Under the pieces are notes generated by a model, which searched no databases, was not told the DNA's origin, and saw only the letters and a list, made by a program, of their open reading frames with translations. A stretch of 64,000 nucleotides of DNA from Rhynchobatus australiae (Eukaryota), in assembly GCA_034780895.1 (NCBI GenBank), contig JAUZTB010000001.1, positions 52,644,749-52,708,748 on the forward strand. The letters are read 5' to 3'. Numbering within the stretch: the first letter of the stretch is position 1; every line of letters begins with the position of its first letter. The position numbers were made by a program, and so were the translations under genes. This document shows, in pieces, positions 52,301 through 64,000 of the stretch.

Positions 52301-55300
52301 TACTGTGATCATCATGTGTTAATTCAAGTAGTTTAGGGTGAATTGATCCTTGTAATCAAAATGCGTGCTGATTCTGTCTACGTAGATCTAGGAGGAACAA
52401 CTAGAGATTTTTTGGTGTCAGGAGTAAAAAGTGGAAATTTCCTTTTTATATCAAATATTTAACCAGTACCTATAATGCTGCAAAATTTCCCAGACAGATG
52501 TGTATTTTAATGTAACACAAATAAGAAAGTCCTGATGTATTACTATGAGAAGCTATGGTGTTGTCTATCACACCATAAACCTCTTGCTTTGGAAGGCATA
52601 ATGAGGTCAAAGGCCATAAAAATTGCCCCTTTTTCCACTGGTTCATTCCAGCTGGTGTCAAAATATGCCTTTCCAAATTCTCCCTTTTTCTTGGGCTTTG
52701 AAGAATCAAAAAAAACACCTCTGGGTAGTGTAAAAAGAACCAGTCCGGTCTTGGTCATTGTCTACCAATTTGATTTAGATTATGAAGATTTAGATTATGA
52801 ATATATAGATTTTGTACCAATGAAAAACTGAGCTTGAGGAAAAGGCCAAATAATTATTATTGAATCTATTTAAACATGTAACAATTATCAAAAGTTACAG
52901 GGAAGGGCAAATTTAACAGCATAATTATTTATAGAAATGTGATTGATTTTTTGAATTTATGTTTAGAACACTGCAAATAAAACTTTATTATACATTGTAT
53001 AATCATTGCTGATTTGTTACAGATTGCCTTTGATGATATCTGTTCCCAAGCTGTGCACTATTTGAAACATTTATTCAATCCTGACATGTTACTCAGAGGC
53101 CAATATACCATACCTATTATGCAGTTTAATGGGAAAAGGTAGGTGGGAAACTGACCAAAAAAAGTTCTCATTTTATTGCAAAAACTGAAATGCACATACT
53201 ATAGTGTTTACAAAGATTAATAACTTTTATTCCAGCTCTTTTTTAGAACTCTCCAGTTCTTTTCTCTCTGTGAACAACATATGCTAATCATGTGGCTCTG
53301 CTAATACTACTATTAAATTTTGTTCTGATATTGTGGCACACAATTAAAAAAGAATTCCTTTGTCATTTTGTCACTTAGACAAATGAACACAAAAGAGTAC
53401 TGTATTAAAATAAAAAAAATGAAATATATTCCTTAATTGTGTGGCACTTTCAAATATATATTTCATTTATTTATTGAAGTTTATACTGATTAGAATATCT
53501 CTTCTGAATTGCTATAGTGATCCATCACTAATTATACAGATTGGTATGATTTTAATTAACAAGATTTAAAAATAAAATTATTATTGATAAAACAAGTGTG
53601 TAACTTTTGTTGAATCAATGTATTTATTATTTGTTGTTTATGATCTACATCTGCTTCTGTCTAATCCTAATTCTTATTGGGACAGAATTAACTCATTAAG
53701 CCAATCTATGTAAATTTACATTTAATGGGAAATTGCACAGAAGATTTCATAATTTATAATCCATCACAGTTACATTAAATTTAGTCAGTTCTAATCACTG
53801 TAATTGTGTATAATGCTATTTAGCATCCCAGCAGACTCAAAGTACTTTTACTTTGAAGAAGTGCAAGGAGCAGAAGATATTAATTTCTTCAAATATTAGA
53901 TGCACTTACAAATATAGCTTTCAGAAAATGAATATTACCACCAACACACAACTACAAAATTTTATCAATCTGTCTTCTAGGTAAGCATTTGCAGATGGTG
54001 AAAATTCTTTGTTGACCCATCTTCCAGGATGAATACTGTCAGATTCCTGACTAAATTACTTAAGTAATGATGCATTTGATAGCATCATAATAAGGATTAG
54101 AATGCTTGTTCTAGTCATTTCTGTGTTAGTTGATTCTCCTGAGAATCCAATTTATTCTGGTTGTCATTTTGAAGAATGATCTAACTGTGAGAATTATTAT
54201 GGATTTCCATAGCTTAAGAGGGAATCTTGAAAGTATTATAATGATACAGCAGACCATTGTAATCATGCAAGGATATCACACCCTAGTAGAGAAAGACCCT
54301 CAAGCATTCCCACCACAAGAAAGGGTAAACTTGCATGAATGAAAACAAGTCACAAACAAGGGAAAATCACACAGCTGGGTGACTGAATTGAAGAAATGAT
54401 CAATTAGATGTTCCAAGGACAATCTGTCCTAATTGCTGATTTAATTTGGAATCAGGGGTTCTGCTGCCAGCTGGTTTTAGCTAATACAAGTTTTTTTTAA
54501 CCATTGTTCTAGAAAATTTAAAGATTGCTGAGCTCAAAGGTCTTATTGCCTGTACTGCCAATTTCTACCCTACTCTTACTTTCTAAAGGTCCTTGTCCGA
54601 CAATTTCTCTTCCCTTCCTGACTCCTGTGTCTCTATCATAGGGAATGGGTTATCAAACAATATACTTTAAAAGCCCACAAACTCCCACATGTATTCATCT
54701 ACATCTCTTCTTCTACTCTACATCCTGTAAAGATTCTAATCCATTCTCCCAGTTTTCAGCTATGTCATATCTGTTTTCAGTTTCCACTATCTGAAATGTC
54801 TCCCCTTTACCTTGACTTCCCCTCCAGCATAATTGACAGTGCTGGAGAAGGCAACGCCCACCTCACAGGTGAGCGCGGTCAGGCCTCGGACTGCAGGCCG
54901 CCTGGGGATCAATGGCGCTGCGGGAGCTCGAGCGGCGCCTGGATTCGCTGGGCTTGGAGCAGGGCAGCAAGGTGGGCCGGGTGGCGAGGCTGGAGGCGGG
55001 CAAGGCCAAGGAGTTGCACTGTACCCCGGTGCAGGTGCTGGGCCACGGCGCCTTTGGGGATGCCACGCTGTGCCAGCGTACCGAAGACTACAAAGGGCCA
55101 TTCGGCAGGAATGAGAGACTTGTGTTTTTGTTCTTGCTGGAACATGGCTGAATGACAACATCCCGGACACTCTATAGAGCCGACAGAATAATATTGTTTT
55201 TTGGCAAAACCTGCAGAGGTGGCCCCTTCCTGTGTATATCTAATGACTGCTTGGACACCCGCTGTATCAGCATGTTCATTTTGAGCTGCTTTTGTTTGAG

Positions 55301-58300
55301 TTTTTTTTATGCTGTTGTCTTTTTGTCTTTTTGTTTTCTTTCTTCTTTTTTTTTCTTAAATGTGTTTTGCACCTTGATCTGTGGAGTATGGTATTTTGCT
55401 CCCATGTGTGCTGAACGTATATGTGGAAGTGACAATAAAATTGATTCTGATTCTGATTCTGATCTGTTCCATTTCCTGCAACTCAACCCTTGACTTTTCT
55501 CCTCCCACCAGAGTAAGTACAAGATTTCCCTTCTCCTCACCCTCCACCCAATCAATCCCTACATTTAATGGATTACTCTCCATAATTTTGTTCTTTGAAA
55601 AACTCATTTGCTCTTCCATCTCCACTAAAATCCTCTGCTCGCAGCTTCATCCCATGTAATTTCAGGAGATGCATAATCTGTCCTATGACTTCACCTCCCA
55701 CAGTACAGGGACCCAACATTCCTTCCAGGTAAAGTAGTGATTTACTTGTACTTCCAATTTGGTGCACTGCAATTGTTGTGTACAATATGGGCCCCTCTGT
55801 ACTGGAGAAGCTAAATGCTGATTGGGTGAGCACTTCACAGAACAACTACATTCAAACTAAGGGAGACCCTGACCTTGCAATCACTTTAATTCTCCATCCT
55901 AATCCTAATCTGACCTCTTTGCATTTGGCATCTGATAGTGTTCCAATGAAGCCAAATGTAAATTGATGAACAATATCTCACCTTCTATTTTGGCACATTA
56001 CAGCCCTGAATGCTGAAATCACCCAATTAAAATAATCCATCATTCAAGTCTGAGTCAGAACTGCCAGAGTAGTGTAGCAGTTAGCATAATGCTTTACAGC
56101 TCCNNNNNNNNNNNNNNNNNNNNNNNNNNNNNNNNNNNNNNNNNNNNNNNNNNNNNNNNNNNNNNNNNNNNNNNNNNNNNNNNNNNNNNNNNNNNNNNNN
56201 NNNNNNNNNNNNNNNNNNNNNNNNNNNNNNNNNNNNNNNNNNNNNNNNNNNNNNNNNNNNNNNNNNNNNNNNNNNNNNNNNNNNNNNNNNNNNNNNNNNN
56301 NNNNNNNNNNNNNNNNNNNNNNNNNNNNNNNNNNNNNNNNNNNNNNNNNNNNNNNNNNNNNNNNNNNNNNNNNNNNNNNNNNNNNNNNNNNNNNNNNNNN
56401 NNNNNNNNNNNNNNNNNNNNNNNNNNNNNNNNNNNNNNNNNNNNNNNNNNNNNNNNNNNNNNNNNNNNNNNNNNNNNNNNNNNNNNNNNNNNNNNNNNNN
56501 NNNNNNNNNNNNNNNNNNNNNNNNNNNCCAGTTAATCTCTTTTGGACTGTCTCCAAGGCTACCATATTCTTTTTTAGGTAAGAGGACCAAAACCATGTAC
56601 AATACTCCAGGTGTGGCCTCACCAACATCCTGTACAATTATAACAAAACTTCCCTATTTCTAAACTCCAACCCCTCTGACATTAACAGTTTTCCTCTCTC
56701 TTGGCAGGCGCTACCTGACCTGCTTTGTAGTTCAAGTATTCTCTTTTATTTCAGATTTCTGGCAACTGCAGTGTATGGATCTCACAGTTCCAGGATTTTT
56801 TTTTCTTTTTCCTCTGTTATCATTCATCTCCTTCTTTTACATCTCCTCGATCAGCTCAAAATACCAACCCTCACATTCTTTACCAGTTGGCACCATCATT
56901 CATTTTCTCTTGGTCCCCACCTTATCTCTCCACCCTTTCCCCTTTTCTGCAATTTAAAACATGTTTGCTCTCCAGCTTTCTCCAGTTTGATGAAAAATCA
57001 TTGGTGTTAACTCCTTCTCCACAGATGTTGCCTGACCTGTTAAGTATTTCTGGTATTTTCTGTTTTTATATCAGATCTTCAGCATCTGCATTCTTTTGTT
57101 TTTGAATTAAATATTGTTAGTTCTTATCGCACACAATTTTTAGTTGAAAATATATCACTGGGTCAAAGTTTTGGCACAAAATAATGTGATGGGAGAGTTT
57201 TCACATTCCAGGGTGCAGCAGTTCAGAAAAGTCACCTGAAATGGATGGCAAGGAAATTGTCAGTATGATTTGAATAACCCTTTCAAAGAGTTGGCACTGG
57301 CACCTTAGCTAAATGGCCATTTTCCATGCTGTGCAATTTTATTCATTCTATGACAAGGTCAGTGAATTAGACAAGGCTGAAAGTACAGGTTTTCTCTAAA
57401 TTTCAGATTAATATAATCTTAGCAATTTTACACAAAGGCAATCACTGATTTCACAAACATCATGTACAATGTATTGCAACCCTTTATGGCAACTTTGAAA
57501 GTACAGCTGTTACATGAAATAAGAGCTCATGAGGTTGGAGAAATGTATTAACATGGATAAAGAACTTACAGAAGAGAAAATAGACTGTAAATAAATGGGT
57601 CATTTGTCAGGTTGGCAAGTTGTTACCAGTGAGTGCCACAGAAATCAGTACTAGGCCCTAAGCAGTACACCATTTACATCAATGACTTAAAAGTGTAATG
57701 GATTCAAATTTTCAGAGAGAAGACTGAATATGAAAGTAACTTGTGAAGAAGACTGAAAGAGTCTACAAAGGAATATAATTGAGTGAGAAGGTAACAAATG
57801 GAAAATAAGGTGGGAACGTGTGAGGTTATACACTTTAATAAGGACAGAAAAACAGTGTATTTTTTAAACAGCAGGAAACTAATCAGTGCTGATGTATGGA
57901 GGAACTTTGGTGTGCTATTTCACAGGGTGCAGAAAGTAAACATGTAGGACAACAAGCAATCTTGAATGCAAATGGTAAATTGACCTCTATTGCAAGGGGG
58001 TTGGAATACAAAGGTAAGTCTTGCTGAAATCTTACAGGGCTTTGATGAAGCCTCATTTGGATTAGCTAAAGAAGGATGTATTTACCTTAGAGGTAATTTG
58101 GCCTAGGTCCAATAAATTGATTATTGGGATGAGGAGGTTATCCTTTAAAAAGAGATTGACTGTGATTGAAAATTGAAACATTGAAATCTGAACTAAAAAA
58201 CAGAAAATGCTGAAACATTCAACATGTCAGGCAGCATCTATGGAAAGACAAATAGAATTAACAAGAAGACTTAGTCAGAACCAATTTCTCTGGTTTTATA

Positions 58301-61300
58301 ATTACCCACAGCTATAGTATGAACTAGTGATGGGTCTTCAACTTGAAAGAGTCATTCAGAACTGAGGTGAGAAGACATTTCTTCATGCAGAGGATTGTAA
58401 ATCTGTGGGATTCTCTACATCAGAGATGTTCAGTCACTGAATATGTTCAACTTTCAGCTTAACAGATTTTTCAACATTAAAGGAATCAGAGGATATGGGG
58501 AACAGGCAGGAAAGTGGAATTAATGTATGTGGAACAAAAAACAAATCTGCATCTGTGGAGGAAAAGGAATGGTCGATGGTTCAGGCCAAGACTCTACATC
58601 AGGATGTGCTTGTGGCTTGGGCATAAATTCACATATACATATTTGTCACATATTTATTGGGAGCAAGGAATCTGCTTCTACTGGTACCCCACCTTGCTCT
58701 TGCCCCTCAGCTAGTGCATGCTCTGCCTTGTTATCCTGTTCTTTCGGTCATTAGGAGAGGAAACAGATCTCTCTTAAAACAGCAGGTTGGTGCATTATGG
58801 AGAACAAATTTGTCAGTTTTTCCACCTCAGACAAAGCTTGAAAGATAACAATTAAACTGTGTAGTCTTTGGAAATGCTAGAAGATCCTTAAAATTGAGTA
58901 GATCATTTCCTATTGGACTGCTTTCCTGCCAAATCTGAGCTCCAGAAATAGTGTTCTTCATTTATTGCCAAGGTCTGCACATGGATTTGGTGACACAGTA
59001 GCAGATTTTGTTTGCCTTTAATGAAACTTGAAATCTCGAAACCCTTGTTTGATCCTATTCATCATTCTCTACTAGGTCAATGTCATAAACTCTGAAAGAT
59101 GTCTTCATTGCAGTGAACTATCACTAAACTTAATGAACTTGTTTGTTGGAAGGTTCTTTGATATTAAAGAAGACCACAACTGGATAATAGATAAAGTTAT
59201 ACAAATGCATGCATTTCAAACCAGATTCATGGGACCTAAGATTGATTCTTCTGCATCTTCGGTAGCCCAGGGCACTAAAGCTAATAATAGTTTTGTCATT
59301 TCTATTCTAGCAAAGATAATGTGATTCAAACCAAAGACTGAATGTGTGATTTTGTGATTTCAGTAGCTTAAGGAAACTATGTGCAACATATTTATTTGCT
59401 GATATCTTTTTATTTTTAAAATAAGCACAGAGAATGCTGGAAATACTCAGCAGGTTTAGCAGGACTATGGAGAGAGAAACAGAGTTAACAAGGCCAGCCA
59501 TTGATTTATGGAAAAAATTCAGTCATTCACCTGAAGCATTAACACTGTTTCTCTCTCCACAAACATTGCCAGACCTGCTGAGTGTTTTCAGTGCTTTCTA
59601 TTTATATTTCTGATTTACAGCATCTGCAGTGTTTTGCTTTTCTTTTAGACTTTACTTGGTTTATACGAAATTTATGTTTCAAATTTTGTTCATTTTTGAA
59701 GTGTCTTGTGTTATTTTTACAGCTATTATGTAATCTGTATAGAACTAGAAAACCTCCTTCGGACAACTCAGAAATTTCAGTGGTGGGGAAGCATGAGTGA
59801 AACAGTCAGCATGCTCAAATCCAGCAAACTACCATTAAATGAAGACCAGATAACTGAACAAATAAAAAAAAAATTTGGTGCCAAAAAAGCTGCAAAGTGC
59901 AAGGTGCGTCACTTCTTTGTATTCTCAATTGATAGCACCTTGCCTCTGGGTTGTAGATTAATGTCACACTGCAGAGACTTGAGCAGAAATCTCTGGTTGA
60001 CAATCCAGTGCAGTGATGGGAATGCACTGCACAGTAGGAGGTAAACTTTTGGATGAGATATTAAACAAAGTCCGGCCTGCTTTTTCAAGTACATATAAAA
60101 GATCCATGTAAAAAAATATTTTGAACAATGAAAAGCAATTATTTCACATGAATAGTTATGGTGGGAAAGGTAGTATTGAAGCATTTTCTTGAATTGTTGC
60201 AATCTGTGCAGTGAGTTTGCAAGTAGTGTTCCAAGGGTTTGTCTCAGTATCATTAATAATAAATCACAAGATATCGGCCTAAAAATGTTACATTTTTTAA
60301 TGTATTTGAGTCCAATATCACCATCACAGTTGATACATTATGCCACAAACTGTGGAGTTCTTTGCACATCACATATGCACATCAATAGTATGGAGAGGTG
60401 GCATCAATTTTGTGCGATATTCATTTAATGCCACATTCAGATCCAAAAATAAACATAATATAAGCAGAATAACTGAAGAAGCGCTACACTTGTGCTATTT
60501 AAAGGGATTTTTTTTTTAGCAAGCATGTGTTTGTGGAGAGCTTGTTGTGCTCAACAAGGTTCAACTTTAGAACTTTTGAAATTCCGAGCATTTAATTTTC
60601 ATTGATGAGGTGAGACTGCTATATTTTTTGTACAATAAAGCTGCATAAATAATGGTGCCATTAGGACTCTTGGATGATCAAGAGCTGGACAAAAGGACCC
60701 AAAGGAAATCCCAGAAGGACAGAGGATCTCCAAGGTGCAGGAAGAAAAGAGCTCTGGTCACATGGATTTCTACCCTATGAATCTTCCTGCCTCTTGTTCA
60801 AGGAGCAATGGTTTCAGAGGATAAGATTTTCAAAGCATGTGCTCACTGGGATCTGCCTCCTACCTCAGGCAGATATTTGTACCACTTTGTCGATTGCTCT
60901 GCCTGTGGAGATGAAGATCGCAGTGGCCATGAACTTCTTAGCTTCTGTATCATTCCAGTTGGTGGCAACTGATGTACACTGCCACATGCTGCGGTCTGTA
61001 GAATATCACTGCATTTGTAACATCACAGAGGCTGTCTACTCAAGGATAAAATTTGTTTCCTCCTCTGAACAGAGAGCAGCAGGCAGTGCATGCTTCTGGA
61101 TTTACCTTTATATCAGGCTTCCCTAAGTTTTCAGGAATGAAAGATTGTGCACGTGAACCTAAGTCTCCATATATGAACCTTAATCTCTAAACAAGAAAGG
61201 ATTTCGTAGTGTGGAGTAAATGGGATGTGAGAACAAGGATTAGCATGGATCTTCACTATCTGCACTCCATTGCTAGTCTTTGTAACAGCGGATCCCATGA

Positions 61301-63082
61301 TCAGCAGCACCCTCCTCAAAATTATTTAGCCTGTGGAGAGGGAAGTCGGTTACAATGTGTCTGAGAGATGTGCTTGCAATGACTGAATTTCTGGGTCTCT
61401 GTCGACTGTGAGATTTTTTTGTGAGTATTAGAGTGGTGGTAAATATGTAAGTGTATATTGGTGAATATAAAGATATAGAAATGATCAGTGGAGATTGTTG
61501 TTAAATAAGTATTGAAGGTGTGGTGCATGGAGCAATGTGTAGATCTATTTGTGCAGTCTCTGATGAATGGGTTGTTTGCACTCAATGAACTTCACCACTC
61601 ATATGACGTTATTACATTTCTGCCAGCAATGGAAATGGGTCCTTGGGGCATGAATCCTGTCAGAACCATGCATAAAAATGTCCAGCGTCAGTATAGGGCT
61701 CCCCTACTCTCCTCCCCATCAATAATGGCCAATCATATCGACACATATAATATGTGTCTGTTTAAATTTCCTATAAAATGCATTAAATTCTCATGCATGT
61801 CTCTATCAGACACCTTCCTCATTTCCCAATGAGGCTTCATCTCTGATATTGAAGATTTCTTGGCCACCTAAGTGTACAATTGTATGTTTTCTCTGCTCAG
61901 ACATTTAATGCAGAGTTGGAAAATCAGAAGTTTTGCTTCCATGCCTGGTAGTGAATGCTCCCCAAGTTGTTGAATGACATCCAGCAGTGGTTGCAGCCAG
62001 TGATTATCTCATGCCAGTGAGTAGGCATGAATCAATCAGCTGATGTACAGGAAGGCAGAATTTGCTTCCACACTGAAGTCAAAAAACAATGTTACTGCCA
62101 CTGTTTAAATACTTGGCGAGACTCCATGAATAACAGTAAGGGAAACTATTGGAGATCCCTCACATTGCCATTTCATTGAAAATCTTCAAGCCCAATTGGC
62201 AGTCCTAATGAAGGGGCTCAGCCTGAAACGTCGACTGTTCATTTACCTCCATAGATGCTGCCTGACCTGCTGAATTCCTCCAGCATTTTTTCTGTGTTGC
62301 TCCAGATTTCCAGCATCTGCAGTCTTTCTTGTGCCTGGATTTTTAGTTTATTGTGCTGAGCTTTAAATACGATCCTAGATTCAGTCATCAATATGTTGAA
62401 GTGACTGGAAAATTTAAAGTATCAATCCATTCTTAATTACTGCCTACAGTTCTAGAAATGGACCACAGGTCTTTTTTCGCAGAATTTCCCGATTCACCAA
62501 GCCAAGAGTCTTTGCACAACATTCCTCTCTTCTGTTCCCAGTCATGCATATATTCTAAGATTTAGAGCTGTCCTGCTCTTTGTCTTTCTCTAGTTTATTT
62601 TAATTGTGCAATTTTTTTTAGAAAGCTGTAAACTGATAGTGATTTAAGTGATCAGTTGGCCATTGAGGTTTTCTTACATGGAATGTGCAGCATGGAATTA
62701 CACCACAATTTAGATGGACATCAGTATACCACATCTGCATTCTAAACATATTATTAAAAAATCATTCAATAAGCATCCATAAATCTGTTCTTTAAGAGTA
62801 TTGTGCTGAAATGTAAATGCCATGAAATTGTCCAAGTTTCTATATTTTTTTTCATGCAGAATTTGCCCTTTGGTCTACTGTCTGTAACTGACNNNNNNNN
62901 NNNNNNNNNNNNNNNNNNNNNNNNNNNNNNNNNNNNNNNNNNNNNNNNNNNNNNNNNNNATGAAACTGGTTATGGACTTGTTCATCATGCTGCGATACAT
63001 AACCATGTGCCAATTATCTGTCAGCTGACCACAATACGTCTGAAGGTCAACCAGCCTCGCAGTGCCAATTTCGAGAATTCGG
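43369..63082 (+). CDS. ANKAR: Ankyrin and armadillo repeat-containing protein, 5' part, join(43369..43891,48186..48623,51312..51475,53023..53138,59723..59903,62860..63082); continues beyond the window
   Basis: Exons splice in phase (1,1,0,2,0,1). Peptides PAYHDTLIGQILINVDYTMKALWHG, DPTYDPNS, YQRLQQRL, YLKLIAFLVPF, TEREFPP...YFHLHGGIEFD, QWWG and NLPFG...GYGLVHHAAIHN (first ankyrin repeat) match recalled ANKAR, which neighbours ASNSD1 in human. The frame is open from the acceptor at 43315, so the true start codon is uncertain. Confidence 0.93.
45690..47022 (-). mobile_element. Second Rex1/Babar-type LINE fragment, interrupted by a SINE
   Basis: Peptides IIKDPTHPGHSLFSPLPSSRRYKSLK...RLKDSFYPAVIRLL and LTNFYRCTIERIL; co-linear with the 15-16.7 kb copy. 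Confidence 0.9.
46398..46672 (+). mobile_element. V-SINE copy inserted in the Rex1 LINE
   Basis: Same B box, V-domain and 3' end as the 20040 copy. Confidence 0.85.
51573..52102. mobile_element. Tc1/mariner-Tigger-like MITE (TA-flanked imperfect TIRs) carrying an R2-like RT fragment
   Basis: Left end TA-CAAGTCCTGCCCAGTTTAC; right end reverse-complements to TA-CAGGTCCTCCCGGTTAC. The internal minus-strand peptide ADNNILSKDFNADKVSNAIDGFKKDTTAGRDGVSL...SWVQYGKVPASVK resembles domain 0 of R2-type RTs. Confidence 0.65.
54844..55085 (+). pseudogene. NEK9: Retroposed fragment of the NEK9 5' UTR and first coding exon
   Basis: ORF from ATG 54912 reads MALRELERRLDSL...KELHCTPVQVLGHGAFGDATLCQRTE, against recalled NEK9 MSVLGEYERHCDS...[26 protein letters not shown]. 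It includes the kinase Gly-rich loop and stops before the catalytic Lys. CpG-rich, unlike its flanks. Confidence 0.82.
55086..55463 (+). mobile_element. Internally deleted LINE (APE endonuclease remnant plus 3' tail) fused to the NEK9 fragment
   Basis: Frameshifted RLQRAIRQE.MRD.CVFVLA.TWLNDNIPD...LYRADR...GKT.RGG resembles the APE domain of Rex1/L2-type LINEs. It ends in GTGACAATAAA followed by a (GATTCT)n tail at 55443-55463. Confidence 0.7.
56528..56680 (-). mobile_element. CR1-type LINE fragment
   Basis: Peptide YRMLVRPHLEYCTWFWSSYLKKNMVALETVQKR. Confidence 0.8.
57500..58515 (+). mobile_element. Degraded CR1-type LINE RT/3' region
   Basis: Remnants of W.VVTS.VPQ.SVLGP, F.I.INDL, PHL and F.QRIVNLW motifs. 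Confidence 0.65.
59990..60140 (+). mobile_element. LF-SINE-like ancient SINE relic
   Basis: TCCAGTGCAGTGATGGGAATGCACTGCAC...TTTTGGATGAGATATTAAAC...TAAAAGATCC resembles the recalled LF-SINE core. A reverse-oriented relic lies at ~5960-6190. Confidence 0.55.
60770..61650 (+). mobile_element. Degraded PIF/Harbinger (HARBI1-like) transposase
   Basis: Peptide EQWFQRIRFSKHVLTGICLL...ALPVEMKIAVAMNFLASVSFQ...HCICNITEAVYSR matches the HARBI1-type helix-turn-helix region. Downstream sequence is frameshifted. Confidence 0.7.
62200..62335 (+). ncRNA. Degenerate minimal type-I hammerhead ribozyme motif in a Penelope-derived repeat
   Basis: CAGTC-CTAATGA-AGGGGCTCAGCCT-GAAAC-GTC-GACTG at 62200-62237. Helix I (CAGTC/GACTG), GAAA and the GUC cleavage triplet are intact. 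The core CUGAUGA carries a G>A change, so this copy is probably inactive. Confidence 0.55.
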
Positions 63083-64000
63083 GTGAGCTCCTAAAGCTGT
63101 TAAATGTGTAAAAAAGATATATTTGAGTATTAATTTTCTATGACTAACATCTTCCAATTAATTAATGGTTTCCAAACCAATGTCTGTTCATTTTATTCTA
63201 AGACATTATATTGCAAATAATATTAGAAAAATATTATTTTAATGTGTGGTATTACTTAATTAACAAAGTATTCTAGTATACAGTTAATGTACTTCATATT
63301 TTTACCATGGAATAATAGAATCCAGTTGACTTTACCACCTTTAATCCACATGCCCTTCACTCTGTTGAGGTTACATATTAAAAACATATTAAATCTTAGT
63401 TTTAGTAATTAACAATGTTGAATATGTATATTATTGGATAGTCTCTTGCTCATAAGTGTTCCAAGATCTTTACTATTACATTTTTTTTAATATCTGTTTG
63501 AACTAACATTCCTTTATTTTGCTGCAATTGGAGTTCTGAAGTTATTTTCCTGGTAATTCCTCGATGTCGATAGTTTCCTTCATTATCACTGACTAAGGCA
63601 GCTGACTTGTATTAAGTTCATATCCTGTATGTGGGAACTTTATGCATTCTTCTCTGGTTGGTAAAATAATATCATAATGTATTGCCTCTGCCCCACATAG
63701 AAAGCAATTCCTTTGTTATACATTTGCCTTTCAGCATTTGAGGGCTGACAATAGAATTTGGTAAGCTAAAATGGACAGCAAGACAAACAATGCTGTTGAA
63801 TAGCTATGGCAAGTGTTAAATAGAGTGTCATTAAAAAAATTTCAGAAACAGTATAGTCTTCTAATAAGAAAGAGCAAATTAAATGACAATAAGTTATCAT
63901 GGCTGATGAAGTGGTACTGAGAGTAAAGAAAGAGTTGTACTGTAAGAATATGAAAAACAGAAAAGATATCAGAAGGCTAACGGCAGATTATAAGTCTAAA

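Larger units (their letters stand above)
54590..56040 (+). mobile_element. Degenerate Penelope-like element interrupted by the NEK9-LINE insert
   Basis: Remnants of PLE motifs (YFKSPQTPT, SNPFSQF.A, FPSSIIDSA before the insert; RFPFSSPST, YNMG...GEA and GIY-YIG C-terminal EQYL.F after it). Confidence 0.6.

Noticed and set aside
52400-52830. Coding-looking ORFs on both strands (e.g. KGEFGKAYFDTSWNEPVEKGAIFMAFDLIMP)
   Set aside because: I recognise no family, stops occur in all frames, and it is not needed for the ANKAR splice path. A TBLASTX search would settle it.
670-56637. Many ORF-track entries containing long X runs
   Set aside because: They are open only because N-gaps contain no stop codons.

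Overview
Vertebrate genomic DNA, AT-rich with spliceosomal introns and many N-gaps. The repeat content (V-SINEs, CR1, Rex1/Babar, Penelope-like elements, LF-SINE-like relics) suggests a cartilaginous fish (inference). I spliced four genes by hand. (1) ASDURF, a 76-aa prefoldin-like uORF in 4 exons, and (2) ASNSD1 (~624 aa) share one bicistronic + strand transcript from a CpG island near 13.9 kb. (3) An 8-exon, 268-aa single-domain sugar-phosphate nucleotidyltransferase lies on the - strand. I recall no human counterpart for it at this locus. (4) The first six coding exons of ANKAR (+) run off the end of the window. Genes 3 and 4 share a divergent CpG-island promoter that carries a triplicated RFX X-box/MYB cassette and is bracketed by ~185-bp inverted repeats. 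ANKAR introns hold two unusual inserts: a CpG-rich NEK9 exon-1/LINE chimeric retrocopy, and an R2-like RT fragment inside a TA-flanked MITE. Penelope-derived repeats with degenerate hammerhead ribozyme motifs are scattered throughout. All homology calls are from memory of the families, not from database searches.
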